A DNA stretch of 60,590 nt, counting the filler, from Circinaria calcarea (taxonomy: Eukaryota), in the NCBI GenBank assembly GCA_051942165.1. It is 4 parts of 4 records of this genome, joined end to end, with 100 filler letters (N's around TTAATTAATTAA, not from the genome) between each part and the next. Parts side by side here need not be neighbours in the genome. Positions count along the whole stretch, not along the records: positions 1 to 15,102 come from JAVECS010000387.1; positions 15,203 to 30,286 come from JAVECS010000388.1; 2 more parts are not named here. One strand, written 5' to 3'. This document shows, piece by piece, positions 13,285-26,065 of this stretch (positions are counted from its first letter, which is position 1; the number at the start of each line of letters is the position of its first letter). The notes beneath the pieces were generated by a model. It saw nothing but the letters and a program-made list of their open reading frames with translations, searched no databases and was not told the DNA's origin. A program made the translations under genes and the position numbers.

Positions 13285-14177
13285 ATGGACAACGACACGT
13301 CCTCACTTGACACTCCAACTAAAACCACCACACTTTCTTCCCTATCCCAGACCGAGTTGAAAGTCCTGCTGGCCGCAATCATGTGTCTGCCCGAATTCAA
13401 AGTAAGTCCCACGAAGTCCCATTGTCTCCTCCCAAGCTCCCCAATTCCAACCACCGCCATCTCTAACTAACACCCAAACAGCCCAATCTCACCCGCCTCG
13501 CCGCTCTCACCCACCACACAAACCCCCAATCTTCCAACAAAGCCTTTACGCGCGCTAAGAAGAGCCTCGACGCCGTCACCGCCTTTACCTTTGAGGATGG
13601 GAATCTGGAGGGGCAGGGGCAGGGGGAGAACGCTGCTCCTAAGGCGAAGCAAAGAAAACGCATGCTGAAGCCAAAGGGCCCTTCTGAGGACAACAAGGTT
13701 CCAAGGACTGGAGCTAAACGCGTGAAGAGAGGGGATGGTGGCGATGTGGATGGTGGGGAGGATGACGATGGGGTGCAAGCGGTGAGAGGGGGTGGGGAAG
13801 GAGCAGAAGAAGTGGAAGGGGAAATGGCGCCTCCTAAGACGAAGGGCAGAAAGCCGGCTTTGAAGCCCAAGGCCGCGTTCGCCGACAACAAGGTCCAGAA
13901 GCCTCGTGCGAAACGCGTGAAGGGAGGAAGGGATAGTAGGCAGGATGAAGAGGATGAAGAGCAAGCAGCACAGATGGAGGTTAAGATGGAGGATGGCGGG
14001 AAGAAGGAGGGGAATGGAGATGTCCCCGCCATCGCAAAAGCCGAGGACTCCTCTCGCGACTTGGCGCCAGCGGATGAAGGCGGCAGTTCCGACGACGCTG
14101 GGGCTGGTGGCGATGTAGAAACTGCGGATGGCAGCGTTGTCGCAGCTGAGATGTCGGGTGGTGACGATGGAGAGTAG
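13285..14177 (+). CDS. Hypothetical protein: small helical (Myb-like) N-terminal domain plus K/E/G-rich disordered tail
   Basis: Intron 13402-13481 (gtaagt...ctaac...cag) joins ELKVLLAAIMCLPEFK to PNLTRLAALTHHTNPQSSNKAFTRAKK, in frame with ORF 13662-14177. Confidence 0.65.
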
Positions 14178-14647
14178 GCGAGGCGTTTTATAGGTTTTAG
14201 CGATGCGCTGCTTGTATGGGAGGCTAGACTGATCATTGGTTGCCTAGCATTCTGTCAATGACTGTGAACTCGCTCGTTCAGATAATCGAGAAAGGGCCAA
14301 TATGGCAGCTCAATATGCGGTGTAGCCTTCTTTTCTCGGTATGCATGGTAACAGGCGGCATCTGGATGCTGAGACTTGGACCTTTTCGGAACGTTCTTCT
14401 TCAGTCATGGGAACCCTGGATCACGTCGATCACGGAAGAATTGATGGTATCTAGGCGAAGAAAATCAATGGCAAATGCAATTGTATCTGTTTACGTTTTG
14501 ACTATGCTAAAGGGTATCTTGCGGTGAAGACGCAAAAGGCAATTAAACGGATAATGGCCAAGTCACATGCCAGTACATAGCTCACAAATAGCGGAAGACA
14601 ATTGTAGACTCCCTACGACATTGGAGGTTAAAGCAATTTTGCCCATT

Positions 14648-15102
14648 TCAAAGAGCCTCGATCGCTTTCCTCAGCACGGCCAAACCCCTCTCTCCAACTT
14701 TCTCATTAGCCTCACGGAGTAACCAGGCAACATCGCTTTGTACCCCAAGTGGCACCCAGCATCCCATTCTTGCCACCTCCAAGCTTTCTTTCAACCGACT
14801 GGTATGCTCCCACTCTTTGGCAGCCACCTCCGCCCGCTCGATAACTTTGTTCGGTATACCGCACATAGCGGCGCAGTGCATACCGAAACTGCCTTCTGCA
14901 ACTCCGTCCTCAAGTTTGTAGAGAAAAGTAACTCTCCTTTCATTCTCGTCAACGTGGATAACCATGCGCTTGTTCTTGACTTCTGGATGGCCAGAGAATT
15001 CTTCGGCCAGACTGTGATAGTGGGTTGCAAAGAAGCCTATGCATCCTATATGAGTAGCAACGTGATGTAAGACTGCTTGGGCTACAGCGACACCATCATA
15101 CG
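14648..15102 (-). CDS. MSH6: DNA mismatch repair protein MutS homolog 6, C-terminal part (cut by contig end)
   Basis: Reads YDGVAVAQAVLHH...FATHYHSL...VTFLYKLEDGVAEGSFGMHCAAMCGIP, the MutS ATPase C-terminus of MSH6 type. Confidence 0.9.
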
Positions 15103-15202
15103 NNNNNNNNNNNNNNNNNNNNNNNNNNNNNNNNNNNNNNNNNNNNTTAATTAATTAANNNNNNNNNNNNNNNNNNNNNNNNNNNNNNNNNNNNNNNNNN
15201 NN
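15103..15202. other. Artificial contig linker
   Basis: N44-TTAATTAATTAA-N44, with stops in all six frames. Genes on both sides are cut mid-CDS. Confidence 0.98.
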
Positions 15203-16976
15203 GCTCCTCCGTCCGGTGCATCTCAAGCAGCCAGCGATAGATGTGCGTTGAGATGTTCTTCCGCTTTTGAGTCACGTACGTATGAATGCGGATGTCAAGG
15301 TGAGGATTTGGATCATGCCGATGCAATGCCTGAGATCTAGATACTTTGTTGAGAAGATCGGAAAACCAAAGAAGATAATTTCGGTCGCGGACCATCCAGT
15401 GGAAGTCGACCCTTCTGTTGCCCTCCGGATGCCAGTTTGAGGGTGATGTCTCCTCGATATCGCCCGTTTCAGACTTCTCCACTTCCTTATGTTGTAGAAG
15501 AGATCCCGGAGCCAAGCTGGTTTTTCCCTCATGTCGTCGATTGTCTCTTTCCTGTAAGTCGGCTAAGATTCCAGAGAAGGGTGTGACGCCAATGCCGGCA
15601 CCGACAACAATGCTTTGATTAAAGCTATAGAAGCGCTGTGCGGGAGCACCAAAAGGACCATTAATGCCCACCTTGATATGCCGTACGCCCGTGTCCCCAG
15701 CAAGCTTACCTAACCTCCCAGTCCAATTACCATCTGTCTTGATATGTAGTTGCATCTCCCGGCCGATGCAGACGGAGATAGTGAACGGGTGCCACTGGAA
15801 GTACGAAATTTCTGGCACCTGAAGGAAGACGTATTGGCCTGCTTCGTATCTCCAAACCCGTTCTTTAGGCATTGTAGCTGTGATGCGTACCGTCTCACCA
15901 TCTAGAATCTCTAGTTCGGCCGAGATACGGTGGAATCCAACCGCAATACGTACAATCCGCTCAATTAGAATGAATAGAGTCGGGAACGCAAGCCAATAAC
16001 CAAACATAGGCCACTGCAGTAAAGCAGCGGTCCCATGCGCCATGAGCAGACCGATGATGGGGAACATGAGCAAATGGCCGAGCTGAAAGGCTTCGTAGCT
16101 CCATCTTCTGACTTGAGGTATACTGAGGAGAGCCAATATCAAGAACAAAATATACGCAGTAAGCCCGCTCCAGCCGGGAAGCGATGATACGTAGTCCTTG
16201 TACGGTCGAGGAACTGCATGAGGACCGAGTAGGGCAGCTACATCATCTTGCTGCGCTGGTCTACTGCCATATAAGAAAGTTCCTGTCAAATGGCCGATAG
16301 CGTGAAGGGTAGCTAGCGTAAGAGCCACAATAGACATCTTGATGTGAAACGATTGAGAGAGATCCCAGTTGATGAAGCGGGAGATGTAATAATTCCTCCG
16401 CAGATATGTAGAGAAGTATCTTGACATTGATAGGATTAAGAAGAAGAATGCCGGATATAGAGCGCCGGCGCACGTCTTAGCCAAGACGACTCCCCATCCA
16501 AAAGCATACCGAACCTCCATTTGAGTGAGGTATTTGACCATCTGCCATATACTAAACGCAAGGTGCATTGATACGACAAGAGCGAGGAACATGATCTCCG
16601 GACCGTGGACTGCAAAATAGGAGCGAGCGCGTCGCCACCTAGAGAGCGACTTTAGGTAGTTTTTCTCATTTTGCTCTTCCTTCTTGTCCTGTTCCAGTGA
16701 GGGAATCCTCCAACCTCGAACGACGGTTACGAATTCGTGTCTTGGTATTCGATTCTCGTTTGACCCAATCATACTGCGCAGGAATGCATGGCGTGCTTCG
16801 TCTCCCAAACTCTCGTGATGAAGATGGTGAGGCTTCGCTTCGGGGGCAATTTCCTTATGGACTTCATCTAATTTATGTTCGATCTCGGAGTATTCAATGT
16901 TTCCATCTTTGTTTTTGTCGACGTCGTCTAAGAATTCTTCTACCTCACGGTCCGAAAGGTACTGAACGTCACTCAT
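15203..16976 (-). CDS. noxC: EF-hand NADPH oxidase (NoxC/Nox5-like); C-terminus cut by contig end
   Basis: Contains an EF-hand DKNKDGNIEYSE, heme-ligating His pairs in TM helices (FHIK..LHAIGH; GHLL..MAHG), the FAD motif WHPFTIS, NGPFGAP and the NADPH motif GAGIGVTPF. Confidence 0.85.
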
Positions 16977-17117
16977 TGTTAAGCGCTGTCGTAGCAACAG
17001 CGAGAAGATTGGAAACTGCAAAATAGCGAGAACATTGTACTACTGTTGTGATGCGAGGTTGTAATGCTGCTCTAAACTGAACATTTAGTAATTTCCTGTA
17101 GCAATCCCCCGCCTTTT

Positions 17118-17472
17118 TGTAAGGATCTGTTATGGCGTCAACACCATACTATGTGCTAGACCTGGGTGGGACTAGTGCGGAAGCGGAGTAACCTTACCCC
17201 GGTGCTCATGGGTGCTCAGGGCATGAGCATAGATAAGCAGGACTAGTGTTCATGAGTGCTCAGGGCATGAGCACGAATGAGCAGGACTTTATATAAATAG
17301 GCTGTTCCTCGCTCTTTAGGATAGCATGTTTATAGAATTATAACGAGTTTAATATACTCCTTTTATATTAAGCCTAGGGTTACAGTTCGACTACGCCCTA
17401 TCTAACCGTGCTATCACCAATCGGGGCTTATCATATTCCTCAATAGGCTCCAAGGATTGCAGCGCCCTTACA
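17118..17472. mobile_element. Putative solo-LTR-like relic
   Basis: Has TGTAAGG...CCTTACA 7-bp inverted ends, an internal duplicated GTGCTCAGGGCATGAGCA and a TATATAAATA box. A very AT-rich tract follows. No matching TSD was seen. Confidence 0.45.
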
Positions 17473-17801
17473 TTATCCTGTTATATTTCTGGAAAATATA
17501 TAATATTTTATAATTAAGGTAAATTAATTAATACAATATATTTTTTCGTTTTAAATATTTAAAGTAGGTAAGAATTATTTTTTTATTTTTTTATAAACTC
17601 GAAACAGCGCAGCAATCGTTAAATAATAAAAATAATATTGGGAAAAGGTAATCTAGTCCTGATATATTTATATAGCTAAGATTCATAAACTCCCACTGCT
17701 GCATATTCCCACCTTCTTTGATAGGGCTTGATAACGGTTGTCGTAGCTTATACATAATGAATGTGCCTTGGAAACATGGGTGCCACAAATCCGCATTCCA
17801 T

Positions 17802-18746
17802 TTATAATACCCAAATCAAGCCGGTGATGCACACCGCAATCAATTGCCACATACCTACATCTGGAGTCCGAACTCGTTGACTGTTAGCCGTCGCGGTTGT
17901 TTGGACTATGACATCCCCGCCCGAGCCCGTTGTCGCCGACGTTCCTGTCTCAGCCGGGCCCTGGGTGAGAATACCCCCTCTCGAAGATTTCGCCTGCGGA
18001 TTCGCACTTTGAGTCATAATCGTGATCGGGGCGCCGCCAACTGTGACTGACGCTCGTTGCACGTTACCTACCCTCCCACAGAAGCCTAGAGCATCGCTGG
18101 CGGCCGCCAGAGCAGATGTGTCCGTGGCTGTTGCTGCGTAGACTGCTAGGCAGCTGCTGAAAGGTCTATCCCAGCTGTTAGGAGACCATGCCGTACTCGA
18201 GTAGCAGAGACATGAGGCTTGATCAGAGGCCGCGTAAGTCGAGAAATCTGGGGTGGCAGACTCGCAGAAGGAGACAAAGAAGGCGACTGTGTCGCATGCT
18301 GTAGGTGGAGTAGTGACAGTAAGAGCGTTGGCTGTAGAGGGGATAGTGGAGGGGAAGGTGGTGCCGGTGACCGAGCGTAGAATGCAGGCCTGGGGGTCTG
18401 ACTGGGCGCAGCAGGTAGGTTGACCACATTCATACTTGCAGAACTCTCTGACGCAGGCTATGTGTTGAGGAGATAGAGATTAGTATGAGAGCTTCGGGCT
18501 TAGGGTCTCAATACTGGCCGTACATGCGGATTGGGGATAGCCGCCAGGACAAGAGTTGAGGATATCGGAGCAAACCTTGAAATGCCCGTTTATAATGACG
18601 TTGAGAGGGTCGCCACAGTTCCGGTCGGTAGTACCAAAATCACATGAGGGATCTTGCTGCGCATATACCGGGCCCAGAAGAATTCCAAGAAGGAGAAATA
18701 TAACGGTGGTGTCGGGCACTCGAATTGCAAAGCATTTCTGATACAT
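17802..18746 (-). CDS. Cys-rich secreted, probably GPI-anchored protein (two exons)
   Basis: Signal peptide ends ...GPVYA/QQDP. An intron at ~18522-18458 joins to an unlisted open frame, CVREFCKYECGQPTCC...ASCLCYS...FSSC...GFCG, followed by an S/T-rich tail and hydrophobic C-terminus. Confidence 0.75.
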
Positions 18747-19574
18747 TATGGTTCGGAGCGAGGGTAAGATGATAGTTTAAACAAAGACCAAGAGAGGGAC
18801 AGATGATAATATAAATAAAGACCAAGAGAGGGACAGATGAACTTGGGCCGACGAGAGGGGAGGAGCGGTATTGAAGTACTCAGGGAGTTTCACCCTTCTG
18901 CCTACAGACGCCTCCTCTCCTCCTCTGGACGTCCGTTGACGAAGATGAGGGCATATCTGCCGGCTGGAGACAACGCCGCTGAAAAGGCGTTTTTCCCGTT
19001 CAGCTCCAGCTCTGTTCTCTGTGATTCGCTGCGGTAGGAGTGGTGCCACGGAATGATTATAATGCATAAACGACCTTACTTGAAACGGGAGTGCTAAGCG
19101 GTTTGGCCATTAACAAGGCACACGGGTGACAAATCTCTCGGCACACCTAATTTCTATGACTTTTCTCCACTACACCACACACGATTTCTATGTTATTAAT
19201 AACCTGTTGTTTTTACCACCTAGATTTATAACTACTTGCAATCTTTCAAACATCGAAAGCACGCGCTTAATCATGTACTTTGCTGCATACTGTGGTTGCA
19301 AGGGAAATTATATTATAGCATGCTTGGCATAGCAGATTTTATTTTATCTGCAGCGACTAATCAGAAGCCAGTATTTGAAGATCGCACTATGGATTAATTT
19401 CCCCTGCGACCACAGTAGAAATGAGGTGGGGCGGAGCTTTGGTGTGCCGAGTCACCCGCGTGTGGCAAGGCAGGGCCGAGAGCTTTCAGCCCACTTCGGT
19501 GTGTTGGGCAGGATAATCATTAGCCGCATTGGCAGGCTTGGCAAGACTGCTTTTACATACCAACCCAGATGACC

Positions 19575-19747
19575 TGTCAAACCTTTTAGGTTAGCTCCTC
19601 GGGCCCATATTGTTCCGAGCGCCCACACGCACACATAGATAGATTCTTCTGCTGGGTTACACACAGCAGACCATACACATATAGTGGTAATAAACGTCAT
19701 TCTCTCATTCATTCATCGATGCCACATAGTGACGCCGTAGCTTGACA
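19575..19747. mobile_element. Solo LTR, copy 1 (173 bp)
   Basis: Has TGTCAA...TTGACA inverted ends and is clearly homologous to 51957-52136. It abuts the LINE ORF1 relic. Confidence 0.85.
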
Positions 19748-20641
19748 GACGTTGTAGTCTATTTGCCATCGCCGGGCTAGTGACATCGACTATCATGGAG
19801 CCGTGTTGCTTGTTCTACGCCTGCATTACTCTTAGCCACACTGCGCGTGTGATTTCGAGCCCAGGATATAGTGTTCTATTTTGGCCCATCAGACTCTTGC
19901 ATGCCTTCCCTGTGCCTGTAATGGCCATCATACTTTTTCTGACGTCATGTACGAAGACGGCGTACGTCCTTCGCTGTACATGCGCGCTGCTTACTATCGA
20001 TTTGGTCCAGTCCTGTGTCCTTTCTAGTCTCTCTTTGCTCTCTGGGCTTATGGTTTCAAGGATGAGGGCGCCGTCTGGTAGTCTGCGCAGTGCCACTAAT
20101 TTATCCGTGTGGTGAGGGCCTATCGCGTCCTTGATGCCGTTCAGAATGATCTCCCGCGTTGTTCGTTGGCTCATGGCCAGCTCTTCTTGTCGTCGATACT
20201 GACCGTGATCTGCTTTGCTCGTCTGCTTTGCTCGTCGTTGACGCTTGCCATAGCGTTTTAATGGCGTACCCCTTGCACGGCGATATCGGCCCATGTTTTC
20301 CTTTGTTGACCCTCTTTGGCGCGTGTCTGTAAACCATCTATCTTACGGTCCATGTGACGCAGGATTGGGATGATTTCGATATTCGATGTTTGTATGAAAT
20401 CCTCCAGGCAGATTTTGACACGTAGAAGAAGGTCGCGTTCGATTAGCAAGTGCGATACCGGCTCATCGCTCATGCAATTTGGGTCTCGCGGAGCTACCAG
20501 CATTATTTCCACGTCTTTCAGTGTTGTTAACGCATGGCTTTTGAGGTTTGAGGTCGATTTTCGTGCGTTCCTGTCAGCTGCTGCTCCACCTCGTGAAGGG
20601 TTCGACGCGTCGGGCAGCTGGCTTGACGCCGGCGTCATCAA
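19748..20641 (-). mobile_element. Degenerate non-LTR retrotransposon (Tad1-like LINE) ORF1/gag relic
   Basis: Motifs KTWADIA, VALRRLPDGALIL, RRTYAVFVHDV, QNRTLYPGLEITRAVW and HGSMIVDVTSPAMAN are typical of fungal LINE ORF1. The frame is broken by stops and a frameshift. Confidence 0.7.
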
Positions 20642-20657
20642 AGCCTGCTGATAGCAG

Positions 20658-22361
20658 ATGGATCATCTTGCCAATAGATATGTGCTCAGCCTTCAGATCT
20701 CAGGTTCTCCTCACAAGTGGAACATTAAAGAGAGGACAGTCCTTTGCATCCTAGAGAGGTGGTTTGCATCCTCCAATAATGAAAGCAACCGAACAGCCAC
20801 ACTTCGTGCTATACGGCAAGCCTTCATACTTTACTTCACGAATAGCAGTCTCGAGTCGAGAACGATAAGAGCTTCACTCACGACTGCTGCAATATCTTCA
20901 CAGCTTAGTGAAATTTGGTAGGAAGGAGAATAAAGCCATGCATGGAAGAATGTCTACGTTAACACTGAGTTCACCGACGATAATAACTGGGTAGTTACAA
21001 GGGCAGAGTTGAGGGCGATAATATCCGAGAATCATATAGCCTTGGTTGATAGGACCGAGGAGGATAAAGTCAAATTGAAGGCGAGGCTTGGTACTGGGCT
21101 CAAGCTCAAAAAGAGAAAGAGACGGGACTCTGAATCTGGCGTCTTGGACAATATCGTCGAGTATGAGAGGCTTACCGAAGATGAGGAGATAACTGTCTCC
21201 AAGAGGTGACAAACGAGTTCATCTTCGTCTACTCCTCGGAAGCGACAAACGAATCTATCTTCGTCTACTCCTCGCAAACGCCAACAGCAAAGGTATAACG
21301 GTCTCCTCTTACCGCTTACGAGTCCAGACAGCATTAGGACGAAGGCCGCGCGGTCTCCTACTAATAAACGACCTTCTCAAGAAACTTGTGACTTAGCCTT
21401 CAGGATGTGGGATGATAGTAGGTATGTATTAGCCAGTAGGCCTTGTACCGAGTACTATTTCTCTTTGCTAACTTCTTGAAGCCACGGCACAAATTCTGCC
21501 GAAGGTTTCTGTGCTGGGGCGTTTTCTTTTGCTTCAACCGATCCCATTCCACCGCCGAATCATATTAGCCAGGATTTCAGAGACGCAGCCATGATTCATC
21601 TAACGCCTCTTGAAGAGCCCTCTAGCCTTATCTCCGTGACAACGTCGCCATTACGACCCCTCCATAGATGTCTCCAGTCCACATCTAATGGCAAGGTTGC
21701 TGTCATCGATCTACAGTACTTGACTCTCCATCAGCCATGGCCTCACCCTCGTCTGTACTCTGCGGGAGATGTTATTCGACAATTCGGGATCCGGGGAGTA
21801 AATCCTAAGAACGGCCAAAGATATTACTTCAGCGGAGCTCGTGAGGTGAGCGGATACATTCTCACAGCCATGCTGAGTACTAACTAGTGGTAGTTTCTCG
21901 TATGAGAACGTATTGAAGCCGAAGCCATTCTATCGGTCTTCTTCAAAGCCGACGTTCTCGAGTACTCAAAGACATATCCGAAACTGCGCAAAGTCTTACG
22001 ATTAGATACTTTCCAAGAAGTGACGACAGCTAATGAGTACCACAAAGTCCTCAGCCAAACAGTGGTGAAGATGGATAAAGACACAGGCTACAGCCTTGGC
22101 CATTATCTTAGCTGTGTTATGAAAATACCTCTTTCTAAACTCAAGTCTGCTGCTTTACTTTGTGTCAAATCTTTCAAGTTTGAGGCTAGTCATTGTCATC
22201 AAGATGGGTTCCTTGACGGCGTCGAGATTGGGTATCATGCATACCTTCAAGAGTTATTCTCTGTGAAAAATCTGCCTAGTGTAGCAGTGGTCATTGAACG
22301 TCGTCAAAAGCAAAGATTAGATGAAGAGACAGAGGACGACAACTTTCTTATGAGGAGATAA
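20658..22361 (+). pseudogene. Disrupted DUF7587-like (ADP-ribosyltransferase-like R-S-E motif) gene
   Basis: Motifs HKWNIKERTVLCILERW, LAFRMWDDS, SLISVTTS, VAVIDL and E/FLV*ERIEAEAIL are seen across two introns. In-frame stops lie at 20919, 20931, 21207 and 21902. Confidence 0.55.
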
Positions 22362-23540
22362 AGGATCGAGTAGGCCTTGGAGCTCAGCGAATAGTGAGCA
22401 CCGGCCAGACAGATACATGGCCATCTATGATCCGTAACAGTTTATACGCTCGATTCCGTGGCATCTCTCGATTCTTCCTTCGGTCTTTTCACCATCTACA
22501 TTTTCAGTTTTACATGTCACCGATGACATACCCGAAGATACTATTTGCATGCGACGGGGACGCTGTAACTTCTTTTATTCGTGGCATGCTGTCACGGGCT
22601 GACTGGCACTTGGCGTCAGTGGTACGAAGGTAGTGACGAAGTCTGGATTCAGGAGACGGCAAGAGTCTGGCCTCTGCACCACTCAACTACGTCAGGAGAG
22701 CTCTACAGCATTCTAGACCCGCTTGCTGGCAGCCCGGGAGAGTTGAATATCGTCGCGATGGCGAATGAATGCTCTGTGGTTTACAGTATTGGTCCGCCGG
22801 GATCTGCAAGTCGGGTGATTGTACTTGTTAATTTCGACTCGTTCGTTCAGATTTTGGGACCTCGGGTTAGAGCGAAAGGAACAGGCGTTCATGAAGCAGC
22901 GGCAAGCCCATCCGCAGCATCAGGAGCTAAGGAGGGAATGAGTTCGAACGGAAACACCTTGACAACACAGGAGGACCGGTGGAGCTGGGAGGAACCGGCC
23001 CGATACCTACGAACTGGGAAGGGGATGTGGCTGCGTTGAGCGTGGGAAGCTCTGCTGCAATCTTGACGTACACATTTAACAAAAGAGTAATCTCTACGAA
23101 ATCGCTCTGCTGTCTTCAAGCGCCCCGGGAGAAATGAGACACCATATGCGACTATGTGAAGGAGCCCATTGCTGCTCTGAACCTAAATTTATCCCCGTCG
23201 CTTCTCTCGGCAATCATCAACGGATCTTTGAATCCAGGTCCAGATGATGCGAGTTAGCTCCCCGATGAGCTAGTATCTCAGCTTGCTCGAAGGTGTGAAG
23301 TTGAGGTCAGCTGTGATACCTACAGCCCTTCCACTAGTTTCACTAGTGCGCGATTAACTTCGTTCTACGTAAATAGATCCTAATGCCATTTATACTCATA
23401 AATGCTATGACAAAGAGTAAGACAGCAGGAGCGGGGTCCATCATATATGCCCGATCATTCTTGGCCTATATCTTGCATCCTTGACCTCTTCGCTAGACAA
23501 GATATCGATAATTTACCAAAGCCAGTCGGTTCAAGAAGCC

Positions 23541-24005
23541 GCTGAAAGCATCATTGACCACCATTTCGCCAGCCCTGAGTTGCTTGAAGAAGCGTTATAG
23601 GCAGCAGGCGCCTCAGTCACAGATAAGAGTGTTAGTGGTGATAGAGAGGGAAACAAACATTTAGCATTGGTTGGCGATGCGTTACTCCGTTTGGTGATCC
23701 TGGACAATTAGTACCCAGGTGGAACAAGCACTGGTAAGATTTATCTCTACGGATAGAAGATATTCTAGCGAATACAGAACAAGGAGCCAATCTTGTCAGT
23801 CGTCTTGGAAACAACGAGAAGCTGAGTTGCATTGGCATAGGATGCGGTTTGGCCAAGTATCTTGCAAAGAACCCATGCCAGCAAGGAGACGTGCCACCGA
23901 CCACTTGCGCCTCTATGACTGAGGCGATTCTTGGCGCTGTTTGGCTAGACTCTAAGGATATTGGGTAAGTCAGGCATGTTATGTGGACCCTTCATTTGTT
24001 TAGGA
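23541..24005 (+). pseudogene. Stand-alone RNase III-domain gene, disrupted
   Basis: Reads ESIIDHHFASPELLEEAL*AAG...GNKHLALVGDALLRL...N*YP, then an intron, then NPCQQG...MTEAILGAVWLDS. It has three premature stops and is absent from the ORF track. Confidence 0.8.
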
Positions 24006-24309
24006 GTTAAGGTTGTGTATTCTGTCAGGTGGGCAAAATCTGCACTCCCATCGACAGTGTCACTCTGGAGAGAATGAGAAGAAATGTGTAAACTGATATT
24101 AATGTAACATATAATTCCATATCGTGGTAATATCGCGGTAGCAAGCCGCCTGCAGGATTAGTGTCAGGCGAGTTTTCAGATATTACACGGTAAAATGGCT
24201 GGTACTGAGCTGAAGGTATCTGAGAGATCCGTTGCGTATATAGAGGTGCAGTCGGTCCTTGGGCAGCTGCATCAGATTCGTGACTTCGAAGAAGAACTCG
24301 GGAGGAACT

Positions 24310-24790
24310 GCGGATGCCGATATATATGGTCAACGTTGAGTAACACTTCGATCGCCATGAACTTCATTTGCCCTGTCTGGCAACGTGCACCGCTGGGTCT
24401 ACTGCCGACCTCTTTGGCAAGGTCCAGATCGATCAATATGCCTCTCAAGCCATCGGCATCCTCTGGATTGGTGATTATGATGCTGTTCTCCGATATATCC
24501 TTATGTAGGATACGCCCGTCAACGTACAGGGATCGATGTGCTTCGATGGCGTCGCGAAGCGCCTCTAGAAGCTCTTCATTGATTCAAATCCACTGATGGC
24601 CCGACCTGCCGGCAAGATCACCAGGCAACGGAGAATTTGGTTATCAAATGGACCGTCATTTTCAGCGAATAAACTTGTTGTCTGAGCCTCTTCCACGCCA
24701 TATATCACTTGGCTTCCTCTTTGGAGAAACTAGATTTCTGGCTGTTTGATCTCGATTTCTTCGACAGCCTTCCTCGAAGCAGGGATAAAT
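24310..24790 (-). pseudogene. FunK1 (fungal-type) protein kinase fragment
   Basis: Reads GPFDNQILRCLVILPAGRAI, then a frameshift, then ELLEALRDAIEAHRSLYVDGRILHKDISENSIII...ILIDLDLAKE...QTGQMKFMAIEVL...YRH. Confidence 0.85.
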
Positions 24791-26065
24791 TGGGTTCGCG
24801 AGAATTCGGTGAACTCAGAACGGAACGGCTTGAGCGACGCAACGGAGCGCAACTTAATTCGGTGTTGTCGATATCGATCCTTTGCTGCGACTGATACCGG
24901 AGGTTTATGCGCTGACTGCTTTCATACGCGATGTTCCGAGTGTAAGCATCCGGGCGATTTGGGGGCAGATAGATACGTTTTGGCAGAAGAGGCGAAAGCA
25001 TAGGAATAAGTGGAAGAACGTCGCTCAGGAAGAACGTCAGTCTTGTGAGTCTTAAGTAAGTTGCTTATCGACCGGTAGAAAGATTCAGGTCAAGCTTAAG
25101 CGTGTGGAGGAGCTCATCGATAGACTTTACCGTTGTGTTTCTCAAGCGAACGCTTCAAGCTCAATCCAACGCCATTTGTGGTCTCAGCTCTCTTAGCAGA
25201 AAGTCCGTAGGTAACAGCACGTACAGTACAGCCAGACCTCGTCGTTGCCCAGACAGAATTTGATTAGGCTCCGGTTTGTATATTATTTGCCTCAGTGCCA
25301 CCTCCGCAAGCTCCGGAGGCCTCAGACTTCTTTCGTACTAGCTCAACGTAAAAAAGGTTATTCCGATCCGATATTATGTAACCCTTCCACAGAATGTATG
25401 GGGTATCGCGAAATTTTAGTACGGGAAAATTCATGTTTTTTGCGCTGATTTTTGTAGAAAATCCTTCACGCATTAATAAAGGAATTCGCTCTGACAGATT
25501 TTAATATAGTATTCGCTCTAGAAGATGGCTTCTTTACATTTTTTATTAATAGCGTTGAACATGAGTAGTAGGCTGTTGAAAAAGGCGACTTTTTCATGGA
25601 ATAGTCGTGTGTAACGCGAATTCAAATAGGACTTCGTCGTTTTTTCGGCGATTTCGTAGCCATTTCAACGTGTTTATTCTGTATAAATTCAACGAAATTC
25701 TTTAAAAATAATCCGCTCTAAAAAGTTCTAGCTTTTATTAAGCTGCTGAATATGCACTTCTCAGAATTTTAATACGCCGTGCTGTTGTTGATAAATTTTC
25801 AAAAAACGATCTCTCATACAAAAATTTCGCTCTCGTCACCAAAAAGGCTGGATGAAATCCTCAGACTGCGCTTCGCGCGCACGCTATTTTTAGCATCTAC
25901 TAACTACATACAGCCATTCCGAAAAATACGCGGCAGCGAAGCAAAAGCAGTCTGAACTTCTGAGACAAGGGAATCATATTGCCAAGGCTCGAACTCCTTT
26001 GCCGTGACTTGCACCCATCACTTTTCACCTTTTTTCCTGACACGCATGAACTGACAGTATCACAC

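Noticed and set aside
15147..15158. TTAATTAATTAA palindrome as a biological site
   Set aside because: It is part of the artificial linker, repeated identically at 30331 and 45489.
22394..23270. ORFs of 79-152 aa
   Set aside because: They are coding-like in places but have no recognisable motif or consistent gene model. They are probably decayed sequence.
24195..24596. Plus-strand 133-aa ORF as a gene
   Set aside because: Most of it is the antisense shadow of the FunK1 kinase fragment.
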